This document shows positions 9,463 to 19,954 of a stretch of DNA of 57,697 nucleotides, piece by piece. A program made the position numbers and the translations under genes. Position 1 is the first letter of the stretch; every line of letters begins with the position of its first letter. The DNA comes from Coleofasciculus sp. B1-GNL1-01 (GTDB lineage: Bacteria > Cyanobacteriota > Cyanobacteriia > Cyanobacteriales > Coleofasciculaceae). The notes under the pieces were generated by a model. It ran no database searches and was not told where the DNA came from. It saw nothing but the letters and a program-made list of their open reading frames with translations. The stretch lies in assembly GCA_040220235.1 (NCBI GenBank), contig JAVJTO010000085.1, one strand, 5' to 3'.

Positions 9463-12400
9463 CTATCTGAAGTCCTCAATTTTAAGCTCATATTCTCTTA
9501 GCCATCTATACACTGTTGATGGATTTATGTTAAATTTCTCGGCGGTTTTTTTAACATTTCCATTTAGCTCAGTGAGTGTGGCTATTAGCTGTTGTTTTCT
9601 TTTTATGTCCCTTGCAGATACCTTTGTGGATGTCCTAGATACATCACCACTACCCTTCTCGACTAGATAACCTTCTTCATTATTCCACTCGTGTGTTTTA
9701 TATTTAGGATTCTCTGATGATAAGTCATCAAAGGGCACAGCGGGTCCGTCACGGTCAAGCCTTGTACTAAAGTTGTCCCAGGGCAGAAGGTGTCCCTCAC
9801 TTTCTAATCCTCTGTTTAGGCGCTGTTCATAATACTGGATCTTATTGGTTCCCAGATTGCTAACTGACGTAACCTCTAGCTGAAGCTTCAGGTCAAGCTT
9901 TTCCGCTGCCCTTCGATAACGGTTAAATCTGTCTATATAACTCCTACCTGTTGTTTTCCCTGATTTGATAATCGCGCCAGATTTTGCATCACGAAGAACA
10001 TATATTATCTCTGTAATGGGATTAATGTTTGAGGTATTAAATTGCTTTCTCCAATCTGTAGCGTCAAATATTTGACGTTCACCTATATCTAATCCTGAGT
10101 CTCCTAAATGTTTATTCAAATCAACAGGAACCAAATCATCACCTTCCTTAATCAGACTTGGTTCATCTAATGCTCCCCCCAAACTCCGATATCGATTTCC
10201 TAGCTCTCGAAACTTCTCAGAAATATGTGCGCACTTCTCAAAAACCTCTTGATGCGCTACAAAACCCTCTTCGTCTGGTTTCTTGCCTGTGCTAAGGATA
10301 GGCTCTATTTCATCAATCTGATGCTTTAGTTGTTCGAGTTCATCCTTCAGCTGTTGGACTTGTTCAGTCTTGGGTAAAGTATTAAGTTCCCCAAGGATGT
10401 TGTCTATTTTTGTTGTAGCAGCCTCACACGCCTTGCTACAAACCCAGAGTTCTATCTTGTCGCCAATCCGTCGAGGTTTGACCTCATGATCGACATCGCC
10501 GACCTTCGTCGGCACAGTAGTCTCGGCTTCGATAGTTGGTTCTCCCACCTTTGCACTACGTCCGGCTCCAGCCTCAGTTGCCTCTTTAGTCGCTTTTTCA
10601 GCGCCAGCCTCAGCCGTCTCCTTAGCAGCTTTTTCAGCCCCTTCTTCAACGACCTCACCAGCTGCTCCTTTAGCCGCTCTGCCAAGCAGTTCATCAGCAA
10701 AGGAAATCAGTTTTTGCCCAATCTCACCTAGAGCATCCAGAACTGACTTAGCCGCACCACCAGCATTACTCAAAAGCTTGCCGATACCCTTAACAATATC
10801 GAGAACAAAACCACCCAACTTCGCCAAACCTTTGAACGCCAACCCCAACGCCTCACCTGTCCAGTCAAGAACCTTAGCGAAGATTTTGAGTACCTTCATC
10901 GCACCCTTCGCCGCTGTCACGGAACCCGCTGTCAGAATACCCAAAGCTACCTCAAAGGCGATAGTTCCCGCTAACCAACCAACGGTTTCACCCATCTGCC
11001 CTTCAGCAGTATCCTGCATCATGAATTCACAGACTTTCTGGGCAAGTTGACCTCCAGCATTGGTAATCGCTGACTCCACAGCCGCCCAAGCGTCACCCAG
11101 CTTCTGCATTAACCCCTCAAAGGTCAAACCCTCACCGCCGCTGAATGCCTCTTGCACCGCAGGCATGAAGCCTCCTGTTACTTGTTCGGCTGGGGGTTGC
11201 AGTTCTGTTCCCATCTGTTGCAATGTTTGACCAATTGCTACTTTATCCACACCTGCATCAGATGAAGCTGCTGCGGTTTGATCTGTGGCGGTTGACTGAG
11301 CAGCAGGTTGAGGACTCAGCGCCTGATTCGCCGTATCGTTGAGCCAGCTAATCAGATTACCTAACCCCTTAATCCCTTCATACATCAGAACGAATGGGTC
11401 AGTCAGCCCTTCCCAAATGCCCTTCAGTAAACCCTTAACAAATCCCAGGATAAACGCAGGGCTACCACCGCTGATAATTGTTGCCAGCTTGTTGGTAATC
11501 GCCACCTTGGGATTGATACCAGTTTCGCTATCTGTTTTTTGCCCCTTCACACCCTTAAGAAAACCAAGCACACCCGCCTTGAGCATGGGCCACAATAGCC
11601 CAAACATCGGTAAGGATGGCGCAGCTTCTAACAAACCGATAACGACATCCAGCAAGAAATCAATGATGGGCAGTTTATAGCAGTCATCCAGCATCCGCCA
11701 AGCGGAACCCGCTAAGATAACCGGAATCATCGCCGGATTAACAATAGCTAGCGCCAGAGAACTGAGAACCCCAGCGTAAGGTTCGATTTTTGCCTTGATT
11801 TTGACGAAGGCTTCCTGTACAGCTTGAGCAGCAGCTTGGAATGATTGCTGCCCCCAAGTTACTAGCTCTTTGACACCATCCGACACAGCCTGTACTAGAG
11901 ACTGCGCCGCACTTAACAAGGGTACTCCAGTCACCGCTCCCAATAATCCCAGCACGGCTTCGCTCAGTTGCACAGCTTGGTTCACCAAACTGGTAACCGT
12001 GGACTGCACCGCCTGACTGAAACCCTGTACCGCACTTAAGAGTTGGGGCAAAATCGTATTGCCCATTTGTTCGTGGGCACTTTTGACAATATTTGGGTCA
12101 TCCTTGTGCGCCCAAAGCCATTGCACAGACTGCACCAATTGGGGTACGAACTTGACAATCGCGGCAATTATCCCCACAGGGGAGAAAGCGAGCAACACCG
12201 TACCCACTTTTTTCAGGGGTTCGATAACTGGAGCAAATGTCACCTTAATTTGCTCCCACACTTCTGAAGCTTTGGTCTTCAACCACTCCAGAATGCCACC
12301 CTCGCCATCGCCACCGAAACCGAGTTGCTGCTTCACCCAATCCCATGCTGCACCCAGGGTATTTCGCACAGGAGCCCCCCACTCCCAGATAGTCGTTGCC

Positions 12401-14634
12401 AGTCCCTTAACAGCGTTAAACACACCACCTGCCACATTCATCAGCGTGTCAAAGGCTGGAGCAATGACCAAATCTGTAACTTTTTTGAATGTACCGCTAA
12501 CCGTAGTAAAAGCCGTCTGGAGTTGTTTGATAACTGGGTTGTCCATAAAGGCTTGACCCAATTCTTGCAGCGACTTTATGCTGTTTGCAAATGCTTTACA
12601 TGAGGCTGGGTCACCTTTGCCCAATCCCTGAATCGTGGCAAAAACTCCAGCAAAGCTGCTCTTGAGTCCAGCGATGACGCTACCGATATCGACGTTCGCC
12701 ATCACCCCAGACAACCAACCTTTAACCCCCTCCTTAATTTTTTCGCTCAGTATCCCAACTGGACCCTGACGTATCAAATTAGCCAAACCTGGAGCAACTC
12801 TGGCAACCAATGCAGCAAAGGCATCTTTGCCCATCGAAGCAGCGTCTCCAACCTTATCCCCAACCCATTGAGCGCCCGAACTCACTGTATCTCCCGCCCA
12901 TTTTGCACCTGCACCTAAGGTATTTGTGAAATCATCCCAACCCCATTTCTGAACGGCTTTGTTGTCCTTGGGAGTAATGTTTTCAGCAAGAGACTTCCGT
13001 TGGATTTGCTCCTCTTTTTGCTCGTTTTCGGCACAGGTTGCACACTTCATCTGGATAGATGTACCCAGGTCTTTATTATTAAACGGCTGCTGTTGCGAAT
13101 TTTTTTGAACTTGTACGGCTGATGTCGATATTGAATTGGCAGATTGGGCAGGATTAATTTTAGTTTGGATAGATTGTTTATTAGAGCGTAGGCTAGTTAG
13201 TGGTTTTTCCTGGAGAGTTTTAGCTGCACCCTGCTGGATGGTGTGGGTTAACTCATGTGCGGTTAACTCATCAACATTGGGAGATTTCCCTGCACCATAG
13301 TAAATATTACTGCCATGGGCAAACGCTTGCGCTCCCAACTCCTTATTCATCTGCACGGCTGTGGAGTCGGTATGCACTCGCACCGCACTAAAATCAGCAC
13401 CGAAGCGAGGCTCCATGAAACTACGCACATTCTCAGGTAAAGAATTCCCTCCACCCTGAGAACTAGCGAGACGATTTTCTATACTGGGACTGGCTTGGCT
13501 GGTATCTGAGGCGGAGCGTTGGACTAAGGAACTAATCGATTTAGCCAGAGGGGGTTTATCGGCTTCGGTTTGGCGCTGAACAGACTGAGATAGAGTAGAG
13601 TCTGGCATTGCCATGACTTTCGCCGCCATGGTATCTGCTTCTTGTTCGTATTTATCCCCTGGTTCACCAACGGTTAGTTTAGTCTGAACAGATTCGTCTT
13701 TTTCCTCTTGTTTTTCACATTCACTACATTTCGCCTGAATCGCTCCATCAGACTGTACTAGCTTTTGAGGACGTTTCTGTTCCTTGTTGTTTTTGAATTG
13801 AAGATTCGACAGAGTGCTATTTGAACCGGAAGCTGTATTATCCTCTGGGTTATCGGGTGGAGAACTGGCAAGTTGCTGATTATGAAGCGATTCGGGTTGT
13901 TTTTCTTCCGGTTCTTCTAGTGGACTTTCGCCAGAACTATCCTGACGTTGGACAGAATAATCCTGAGACAATTGTTGAGCCTTAAACTGATTCAACCCAT
14001 TCAATACAGAATTAGCTCTTTGTCCTATCTGGGGTTGATACTGATGCTCTAATCCGCTTGTGGAAAGCGTCCTCTGCACTGGAGATGGCGGTGAACCTGG
14101 AGTATTAACCGGAACCTTGAGCCAGTTGGAACTCAAACGGGATGCTTTTTCCTTTTGAGCCTGTAAATCCGGCTTTTGAGATTGTGGGTGTGTACTTTCT
14201 GCTTCAGATTGCTGATTAGGAGTGACATCTTCTTCCTTTTCCTCTGTGTTAGGAGACTCTGGATTGGGTGATGCGGAGGTGGACAGTTCCTTTGGCTGAA
14301 CTGTCTCCTCTTCCTCTTCGGAAGTTGTTTCAATCTCTGGTTCTTCTGGCTGCTTGCTGTTACTGTCTAATTCTTCACTGGCTGGTTGTTTCTGAACAGG
14401 TTGGGGAGGTGGGGTTTGGGGTACATTAACTGGGACATTAAGACCGTTGTAGCCGACAAAGGCTGACTGTTCTAGTTTCTGTTGCAAAAACGCCTTTTGT
14501 TCTTCAGGCGACCTTTTCACAACAGGTTTCCGCGGCTTGGGGACTTTGAAACGGCGTCGCTGCAACGGATTGGACGCGGACGTGCGACTCAACGGTGAGA
14601 AATTTTTTTTGCGGATGGGTTCTCGAAAAGACAT
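9463..14634 (-). CDS. large DUF4157 (eCIS-associated) protein with hydrophobic central region and C-terminal putative nuclease plus HTH toxin tip
   Basis: QTKLTVGEPGDKYEQEAD, MEPRFGADFSAVRVHT, AQAFAHG, LTAHELTHTIQQ motifs; C-terminal IIYVLRD..IIKSGKT..RFNRY and TAEKFNINPSTVYRW. Confidence 0.85.
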   Translation of the reverse strand: MSFREPIRKKNFSPLSRTSASNPLQRRRFKVPKPRKPVVKRSPEEQKAFLQQKLEQSAFVGYNGLNVPVNVPQTPPPQPVQKQPASEELDSNSKQPEEPEIETTSEEEEETVQPKELSTSASPNPESPNTEEKEEDVTPNQQSEAESTHPQSQKPDLQAQKEKASRLSSNWLKVPVNTPGSPPSPVQRTLSTSGLEHQYQPQIGQRANSVLNGLNQFKAQQLSQDYSVQRQDSSGESPLEEPEEKQPESLHNQQLASSPPDNPEDNTASGSNSTLSNLQFKNNKEQKRPQKLVQSDGAIQAKCSECEKQEEKDESVQTKLTVGEPGDKYEQEADTMAAKVMAMPDSTLSQSVQRQTEADKPPLAKSISSLVQRSASDTSQASPSIENRLASSQGGGNSLPENVRSFMEPRFGADFSAVRVHTDSTAVQMNKELGAQAFAHGSNIYYGAGKSPNVDELTAHELTHTIQQGAAKTLQEKPLTSLRSNKQSIQTKINPAQSANSISTSAVQVQKNSQQQPFNNKDLGTSIQMKCATCAENEQKEEQIQRKSLAENITPKDNKAVQKWGWDDFTNTLGAGAKWAGDTVSSGAQWVGDKVGDAASMGKDAFAALVARVAPGLANLIRQGPVGILSEKIKEGVKGWLSGVMANVDIGSVIAGLKSSFAGVFATIQGLGKGDPASCKAFANSIKSLQELGQAFMDNPVIKQLQTAFTTVSGTFKKVTDLVIAPAFDTLMNVAGGVFNAVKGLATTIWEWGAPVRNTLGAAWDWVKQQLGFGGDGEGGILEWLKTKASEVWEQIKVTFAPVIEPLKKVGTVLLAFSPVGIIAAIVKFVPQLVQSVQWLWAHKDDPNIVKSAHEQMGNTILPQLLSAVQGFSQAVQSTVTSLVNQAVQLSEAVLGLLGAVTGVPLLSAAQSLVQAVSDGVKELVTWGQQSFQAAAQAVQEAFVKIKAKIEPYAGVLSSLALAIVNPAMIPVILAGSAWRMLDDCYKLPIIDFLLDVVIGLLEAAPSLPMFGLLWPMLKAGVLGFLKGVKGQKTDSETGINPKVAITNKLATIISGGSPAFILGFVKGLLKGIWEGLTDPFVLMYEGIKGLGNLISWLNDTANQALSPQPAAQSTATDQTAAASSDAGVDKVAIGQTLQQMGTELQPPAEQVTGGFMPAVQEAFSGGEGLTFEGLMQKLGDAWAAVESAITNAGGQLAQKVCEFMMQDTAEGQMGETVGWLAGTIAFEVALGILTAGSVTAAKGAMKVLKIFAKVLDWTGEALGLAFKGLAKLGGFVLDIVKGIGKLLSNAGGAAKSVLDALGEIGQKLISFADELLGRAAKGAAGEVVEEGAEKAAKETAEAGAEKATKEATEAGAGRSAKVGEPTIEAETTVPTKVGDVDHEVKPRRIGDKIELWVCSKACEAATTKIDNILGELNTLPKTEQVQQLKDELEQLKHQIDEIEPILSTGKKPDEEGFVAHQEVFEKCAHISEKFRELGNRYRSLGGALDEPSLIKEGDDLVPVDLNKHLGDSGLDIGERQIFDATDWRKQFNTSNINPITEIIYVLRDAKSGAIIKSGKTTGRSYIDRFNRYRRAAEKLDLKLQLEVTSVSNLGTNKIQYYEQRLNRGLESEGHLLPWDNFSTRLDRDGPAVPFDDLSSENPKYKTHEWNNEEGYLVEKGSGDVSRTSTKVSARDIKRKQQLIATLTELNGNVKKTAEKFNINPSTVYRWLREYELKIEDFR

Positions 14635-14764
14635 AGCCAGACGCTTCCCCAATCAATAGTTGGTCTTTTGAGTGCCTCCCTATCCCGCCAATAGCCTGTG
14701 TGGGATTGTTGGAAGAAAATATCCCTAATCATACCTCCAAGGAGAGAAAGACACCAGAACCATT

Positions 14765-15151
14765 TCACGAAAATTTTCCCGGAGGATAGGTGGGTTTGAT
14801 GGAATATTCACTCCCTTCTGTCTCTGAGAGAAACTCCATCACAATCCCTGGACTATCTCCTTGCAGGTGAGGCGTATAACTACGACGCACGTTTTCTGGC
14901 GATACCTGAATCCGAGGGACATACATCCAATCAGGAGCTTTTACCACAATCTTGCCATCTAACCGGGCGCAAACACCGTAATTCGTGGCGACTAGCATCG
15001 TTTCTCGCAATCGCCCTGTCACTTCTAAACTTTCGCTCAATGCGGCGGCTAATGTTGGCTGATTAATATTATCCACTGGCTCATCGGGTAAGGGAAAATC
15101 ATCCGGTAGCTTCTCCCAGGTAATTTTAGGCTTGCTGGTTACCGTTGTCAT
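14765..15151 (-). pseudogene. truncated Uma2-family endonuclease
   Basis: LPDEPVDN, KAPDW, VMEFLSETEGSEY motifs; stops at YPPGK, about half the usual length. Confidence 0.7.
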
Positions 15152-15184
15152 CGCGTAGTCTCTCCCTATCCATAAGCTCTATTG

Positions 15185-15448
15185 TATAGCGCTACGCGCT
15201 AGGGAATAGGGAATAGGCAACACCTCGGCTTACTTCGGCTTACTTCAGCTTCGCTCAGTAACATGCTCGGTACAAGTCGCTCAGGGTCAAAGCGATTTGA
15301 ATTTTTCTTTTATGTCCTAACTAGAGTGCGTAGTGCTATAGATATAGCAACCGCCATAGCGGTTAGGACACATCATTTATGTAGAGACGCGCCATGGCGC
15401 GTCTCTACAATGGTGCCGAAAGTCCTAATCAATGTGTTTACTGCTATA
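15185..15448. mobile_element. two adjacent TATAGC...GCTATA MITEs (15185-15340, 15343-15448); the second carries a perfect 30-bp palindrome at 15380-15409
   Basis: inverted ends TATAGC/GCTATA with TAGGAC/GTCCTA subterminal motifs; TGTAGAGACGCGCCATGGCGCGTCTCTACA. Confidence 0.6.
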
Positions 15449-15538
15449 AGTAAGGAGCGCGATCGCACAACTTGATACACTAAGAAAACAGTGGATAGCG
15501 TGGCTCTATCAGATCAAACGACCAAGGAATGACTGGGA

Positions 15539-16711
15539 ATGGCAGAGGATTTTTCAGTTGATCAGCTTTTGGACAAAATGAGCGAAGCCTACGAAGATGC
15601 CGGAAAGGACACGGGACAGTGTAATGTATTGGTCATTGGCAAAACAGGTGTGGGCAAAAGTACGCTGATTAATGCGATTTTCCAATCTCGTTTAGCCGAA
15701 ACTGGGGTGGGCTACCCAGTAACCCAAACTATCCGACGCTACCGGAAAAAAGGCTGTCCGATAACGGTTTATGATACCCCTGGACTTGAACTCAATCCCG
15801 AACAGATTCAACAGGTGCGCTTAGATGTCGCGGAACTTATCGACACGCAACGGTTACAAGCCGCCCCAGAGCATATTCATGTGATTTGGTACTGTTTAGA
15901 ACATGAGGCGGGACGGTTTGATGAAGTCGAGGAAGCATGGCTGAAGATGCTCAACTTGCAAGATGTACCGATTATTTTAGTCTTAACCCAAACCTTAACC
16001 CGAAAGCGCAGCGAGTTTCAAGTCTTTTTAGATAGCAAAAATTTACCCGTTTCTCAAATTGTTGCGGTTCTTGCTCAACCTAAACCCATCGATGATGAGT
16101 ATACAATTAAAGCCCATGGTTTAGACCATCTGGTCGAAGTCACGGCTAATCTTTTGTCTACTGAAGCACGTAAGGCATTTCTGAGAGAACAGAGTCGCAA
16201 TATTACCTTAAAAGCCGGGGAAGCGTTTAAATATGTGACCGGATATGTGGCGGGTTCTGCATTAGTCGGCGCGTCTCCGATTCCTTTTTCTGATGCACCA
16301 ATATTAGTTACCATGCAAACCGTGATGCTAGCAAATATCACGGCTATCTTTGGCTTACCCTTTGATCGCGCTTTTACCAGCACCGTACTCTCAACCATTG
16401 TTGGAGTGGGTGGTGTGGCAACCGTTGGCAGATCGATCGCGGCGAATTTACTTAAAATGATACCGGGTGCTGGGACAATTGTAGGTGGTGCCATTTCCGC
16501 CTCTACCGCCGCCGCGTTAACCTTGGCGCTGGGTTTAGCTTATATCGAGTCTCTCAAATATTACCTGAAACGTAAACTGGAGGGACACGAAATTCCCCTC
16601 TCTGAACTGGCAAAAATCATTCTAGAACAATATAAATTCTATGCCCGAACGGGTCAGAAAACCCTGAAAGAGGAACCCATAACCCCCCCTCGTCAAATTG
16701 ATATTGAATAA
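15539..16711 (+). CDS. Era-like GTPase with C-terminal DUF697/YcjF membrane domain
   Basis: GKTGVGKST, DTPG, IHVIWYC; C-terminal SPIPFSDAPIL..Q and KMIPGAGTIVGG. Confidence 0.85.
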   Translation: MAEDFSVDQLLDKMSEAYEDAGKDTGQCNVLVIGKTGVGKSTLINAIFQSRLAETGVGYPVTQTIRRYRKKGCPITVYDTPGLELNPEQIQQVRLDVAELIDTQRLQAAPEHIHVIWYCLEHEAGRFDEVEEAWLKMLNLQDVPIILVLTQTLTRKRSEFQVFLDSKNLPVSQIVAVLAQPKPIDDEYTIKAHGLDHLVEVTANLLSTEARKAFLREQSRNITLKAGEAFKYVTGYVAGSALVGASPIPFSDAPILVTMQTVMLANITAIFGLPFDRAFTSTVLSTIVGVGGVATVGRSIAANLLKMIPGAGTIVGGAISASTAAALTLALGLAYIESLKYYLKRKLEGHEIPLSELAKIILEQYKFYARTGQKTLKEEPITPPRQIDIE

Positions 16712-16801
16712 GTAAGTAGGTGGGGACAATTAAAGTTAACGGCGGAGAACTCGCTGTCCTTGAGAAGCAAGCTACGTCATTTGTCATTGGGGGTGTGGTT
16801 T

Positions 16802-16878
16802 GTTCTTACTTTTCACGGGATCTGGAAAACCTCTCTCCAAACCTCTCTCCTACAAGGAGAGAGGCTTTGAATTCTCCC
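16802..16878. repeat. 77-bp dispersed repeat; inverted copy at 33078-33154
   Basis: near-identical reverse-complement copies (one mismatch seen). Confidence 0.85.
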
Positions 16879-17049
16879 CCTGCTTCCCCTGCTTCCCCTG
16901 CTCCCCCTGCTCTTCCTATCTACTACGTTTGAGCGCAACTCAGTATGAATGGCGGAGTCTGGGTTACAGCGCTAACCTTGACGCAAAAGAGGTTTTATGT
17001 TAAAGAGAAAGTAGATAGTCTCAAGCTTCTGGTTTAGAAGTAATCAATT

Positions 17050-17667
17050 GTGACTGATGAACGACTTACTCAAGATCAGTTAACGCAACTCGTTGCTGAG
17101 GTGGATCAATTAGCCAGACGCCACGAGGCTGAAATTGACCGTCAACAAGTTCAACAGATTTTGCAGGAATTGAATCTACCACCAGAGTTGCTGGATGAAG
17201 CGCTAATCCAGCTACGTCGTCGTCAAGCGTTAGCCGTTCAACAAAAACGGAATCGCTGGATTGGGATAGGAGTAGGGGTGGCGATAGTGAGTGCGATCGC
17301 GGCTTCTACGGTATTCATTGTAAATCGTCACCGTGCGATCGCGGCAGTGTCTGCTTCTGGAAGTTGCATAACCTCAAATCCCAAAACCTGTGAACCGATA
17401 TTGGAGATTAATCGCCAAGAGATAGTCTACCGCGTTACCTTACAAGACGCACCTGTGGGACAAAAGCTTTCCTTACAGTGTGATTGGATTAACCCTAATG
17501 GTCAAATCGTGCATCAGAATCGTTATCAAACCAGTAAAATTGACCGAGAGGTTTGGTCTACCTATTGTCGTCATACCTTGGGTTCTACTGCAACCCTGGG
17601 GGATTGGCAAGTGCGGATGAGAGTAGGCGATCGCGCACTCGACCAATCATCGTTTACAGTTAAATAA
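17050..17667 (+). CDS. DUF3859-like single-pass membrane protein
   Basis: N-terminal helical region, one TM, C-terminal Ig-like domain (CDWINPNG, GDWQVRM). Confidence 0.7.
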   Translation: MTDERLTQDQLTQLVAEVDQLARRHEAEIDRQQVQQILQELNLPPELLDEALIQLRRRQALAVQQKRNRWIGIGVGVAIVSAIAASTVFIVNRHRAIAAVSASGSCITSNPKTCEPILEINRQEIVYRVTLQDAPVGQKLSLQCDWINPNGQIVHQNRYQTSKIDREVWSTYCRHTLGSTATLGDWQVRMRVGDRALDQSSFTVK

Positions 17668-17673
17668 TCGGCA

Positions 17674-18558
17674 CTATTCGCTATTTCCCAAATCATCGGG
17701 CTCAATACCTAACTCTCGTAATCGTGCGGCTAATTCTTGAACCCGTCGTTTAGCCGTTTCAGCTTCCTGTTTCGCCATTTCTGTTTCTTGTCTGGCGGCT
17801 TCTGTTTCTTGTCTGGCTATTTCAGCTTCTTGTCTGGCGACTTCACTTTCTTGTCTGGCGGCTTCCGTTTCTTGTCTCGCCACCTCTGTTTCTTCAGTGG
17901 GTAAAGGAATCCAAGTTCCCTCCAGTGTCATCCACCGTAGCCACAGTCGGTTAAACCCGCGAAAATTACCTTGCCATACGCCTAAACTTAATCCTAACTC
18001 CGGTACAGATAAACATCCTTGAGTCAAGTCTACGGATTCATAATGACCCCCAACCAGATGAAAAGCTTGCCATTCATTCGTATAGCGACTAAAAATCACA
18101 TAGTAAGGAATCCGCAGAATCTCTTCATAAACTCGCCACTTTGTCAGCGGGTGTCCTAATTCGCTTTCAGTTTGACCTAAATCTTCATCTTCCGTACCTG
18201 GTGACAATAACTCCACCACAATAAACGGATTCACCCGTTCTTGCCAACACACATAACTCAAACGCATATCGCGTTCCTGATAAAGCCTGGGTACACCCAC
18301 AACGCCGAACCAATCCGGACGTTTATACCAGTTGGGATGAGTCGGGTCATAATAGAGATTCAAATCACAAGCACTAAACACTCGTTCTGGATACCAATTA
18401 GTCGGTGAAAACGTCAAATACAGTAACAACGGCTGCAAAAAATGGAACTCATCAGGCAAACCAGGTTCCTCCGGATTTTCGCTAGGTAAATCATACATCG
18501 TTGGCAAAGTTTGCCACGGGGGAAGTGGGGGGTCAGTTTGGCGGGGTAACTGAGTCAT
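17674..18558 (-). CDS. Uma2-family endonuclease with C-terminal heptad (21-bp) repeats
   Basis: LPTMYDLPSENPEEPGLPDEFH, KRPDWFGV, VELLSPGT; ARQETEA repeats. Confidence 0.9.
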   Translation of the reverse strand: MTQLPRQTDPPLPPWQTLPTMYDLPSENPEEPGLPDEFHFLQPLLLYLTFSPTNWYPERVFSACDLNLYYDPTHPNWYKRPDWFGVVGVPRLYQERDMRLSYVCWQERVNPFIVVELLSPGTEDEDLGQTESELGHPLTKWRVYEEILRIPYYVIFSRYTNEWQAFHLVGGHYESVDLTQGCLSVPELGLSLGVWQGNFRGFNRLWLRWMTLEGTWIPLPTEETEVARQETEAARQESEVARQEAEIARQETEAARQETEMAKQEAETAKRRVQELAARLRELGIEPDDLGNSE

Positions 18559-18803
18559 TTTCTAACGAGAGTTATTGATAAAATCTCTTCCACTATCTTA
18601 ACGGTTCCTAGTCAGGGATGCGAGCCTATTATCGTGTTGGGTTGCCAATATCCGACAAAATAACAACTGGTTTAATTCTTCTAAATTAAGGTAAATAGCA
18701 CGCTGCTTAAACCTGGTGGGGCATTGCCCCGCCTACGGTATATCTAAAGATTTCAGCGAGCCAAAAGTATTGATTTTAGTGCCATTACAATTCAGGTGTT
18801 TTC

Positions 18804-19415
18804 TTAAACATCGCTCAACGTTTGTTCACCTAACTTAAAGACGAAATGAAGCAAGCCTAAAATTTCTTCAAGATGAGCAATACCATAGAGTAACGTTTCA
18901 TAAACACTGCCTTGAGATGTCAGCTTATAAAACCGCCAGCCATCGCCGTTCGTCACCACTCCCAAAACATCAATATCCTTACCGATTCGGCAATTTTGCC
19001 ATTGACAGGCTTGCATTTCGACCAAACATTGAGCCAATCCTTGTTCAAAGTCATCCTTTTTGGCTTCGACGATACATAAAAATGGCGTTTCTAAATAGCG
19101 TTTACGTTCAGCAATTAAATAATCAACATTACCGCTTGTTGTATTCCCTTCTAAACTAGCCCCTTTCCAAATTTTTAGCCGACCCAGTCCTTCAAGTGCT
19201 TCCTCGCAAAGGGCATCAATAATAAGCTTCTTGGATTCTTCATGGCTTTCCAAGTCAAAACGTTGTAACCTTGCCCACCGTTGTTGAAAAAAATCGCTAG
19301 GTTTAATTGGCTGAAACTCAATCTGCCAAGGGATTAGATCGATGAGGTTAATTTGCTTAAATGCCTGAGTTTTGTTAAAACTATAAAAATTTTTCTTCTT
19401 GATTTTTTTATCCAT
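18804..19415 (-). CDS. cyanobacterial PD-(D/E)XK-fold hypothetical protein
   Basis: GNVDY..IVEAKKDDFEQGLAQCLVEM..GVVTNGDGWRF. Confidence 0.7.
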   Translation of the reverse strand: MDKKIKKKNFYSFNKTQAFKQINLIDLIPWQIEFQPIKPSDFFQQRWARLQRFDLESHEESKKLIIDALCEEALEGLGRLKIWKGASLEGNTTSGNVDYLIAERKRYLETPFLCIVEAKKDDFEQGLAQCLVEMQACQWQNCRIGKDIDVLGVVTNGDGWRFYKLTSQGSVYETLLYGIAHLEEILGLLHFVFKLGEQTLSDV

Positions 19416-19563
19416 CAGAGGGTTGCAAATTGAGTCAATAATTTTTATTTTATACTATAGGGTTTGTAGTTGCGCTGTCTTCGCCATAAAGCTCACGGGT
19501 AGATCAGTAACTTGAACGGTAGATTGGGTATAGATGTGACCATTGAATCGGGCGCACGTCACT

Positions 19564-19822
19564 CATCCGCGTCAACTTAAGAGGAAACGCAAGCTAAGTG
19601 AGACGAAAGAATCTCGCTGCCTTAAAAATAACCCCCCTTAATCCCCCGTGCAACAAAAAGCGAAGCATCTGCTGGCTTCCCCCTTTCAAAGGGAAGAGGG
19701 GGATTCAAAGGGAGGAACGAGGGGGGTAGGGGGGAAATGTTCCCTCCCCTTGATAAGGGGAGGGTTAGGGTGGGATCAGATCAAGGTATTGCTTTCTTTT
19801 TTAGCTTAAGTTGACACCAATG
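19564..19822. mobile_element. 259-bp MITE (IS4-type, Nezha-like ends) with 9-bp target duplication, inserted in a REP-like palindrome
   Basis: ends CATCCGCGTCAACTTAAG / CTTAAGTTGACACCAATG; CACGTCACT duplicated at 19555-19563 and 19823-19831. Confidence 0.8.
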
Positions 19823-19954
19823 CACGTCACTGCGCCCCTACAGTTTCTGGATGGAATTCTAATTCATTTTGCTTAAGTGTGACACACCACTACGATATAT
19901 TAAAGTGCGTATTTCAGTGCTATTGTACTTAAATTAATTCAAGATTCAATTATT

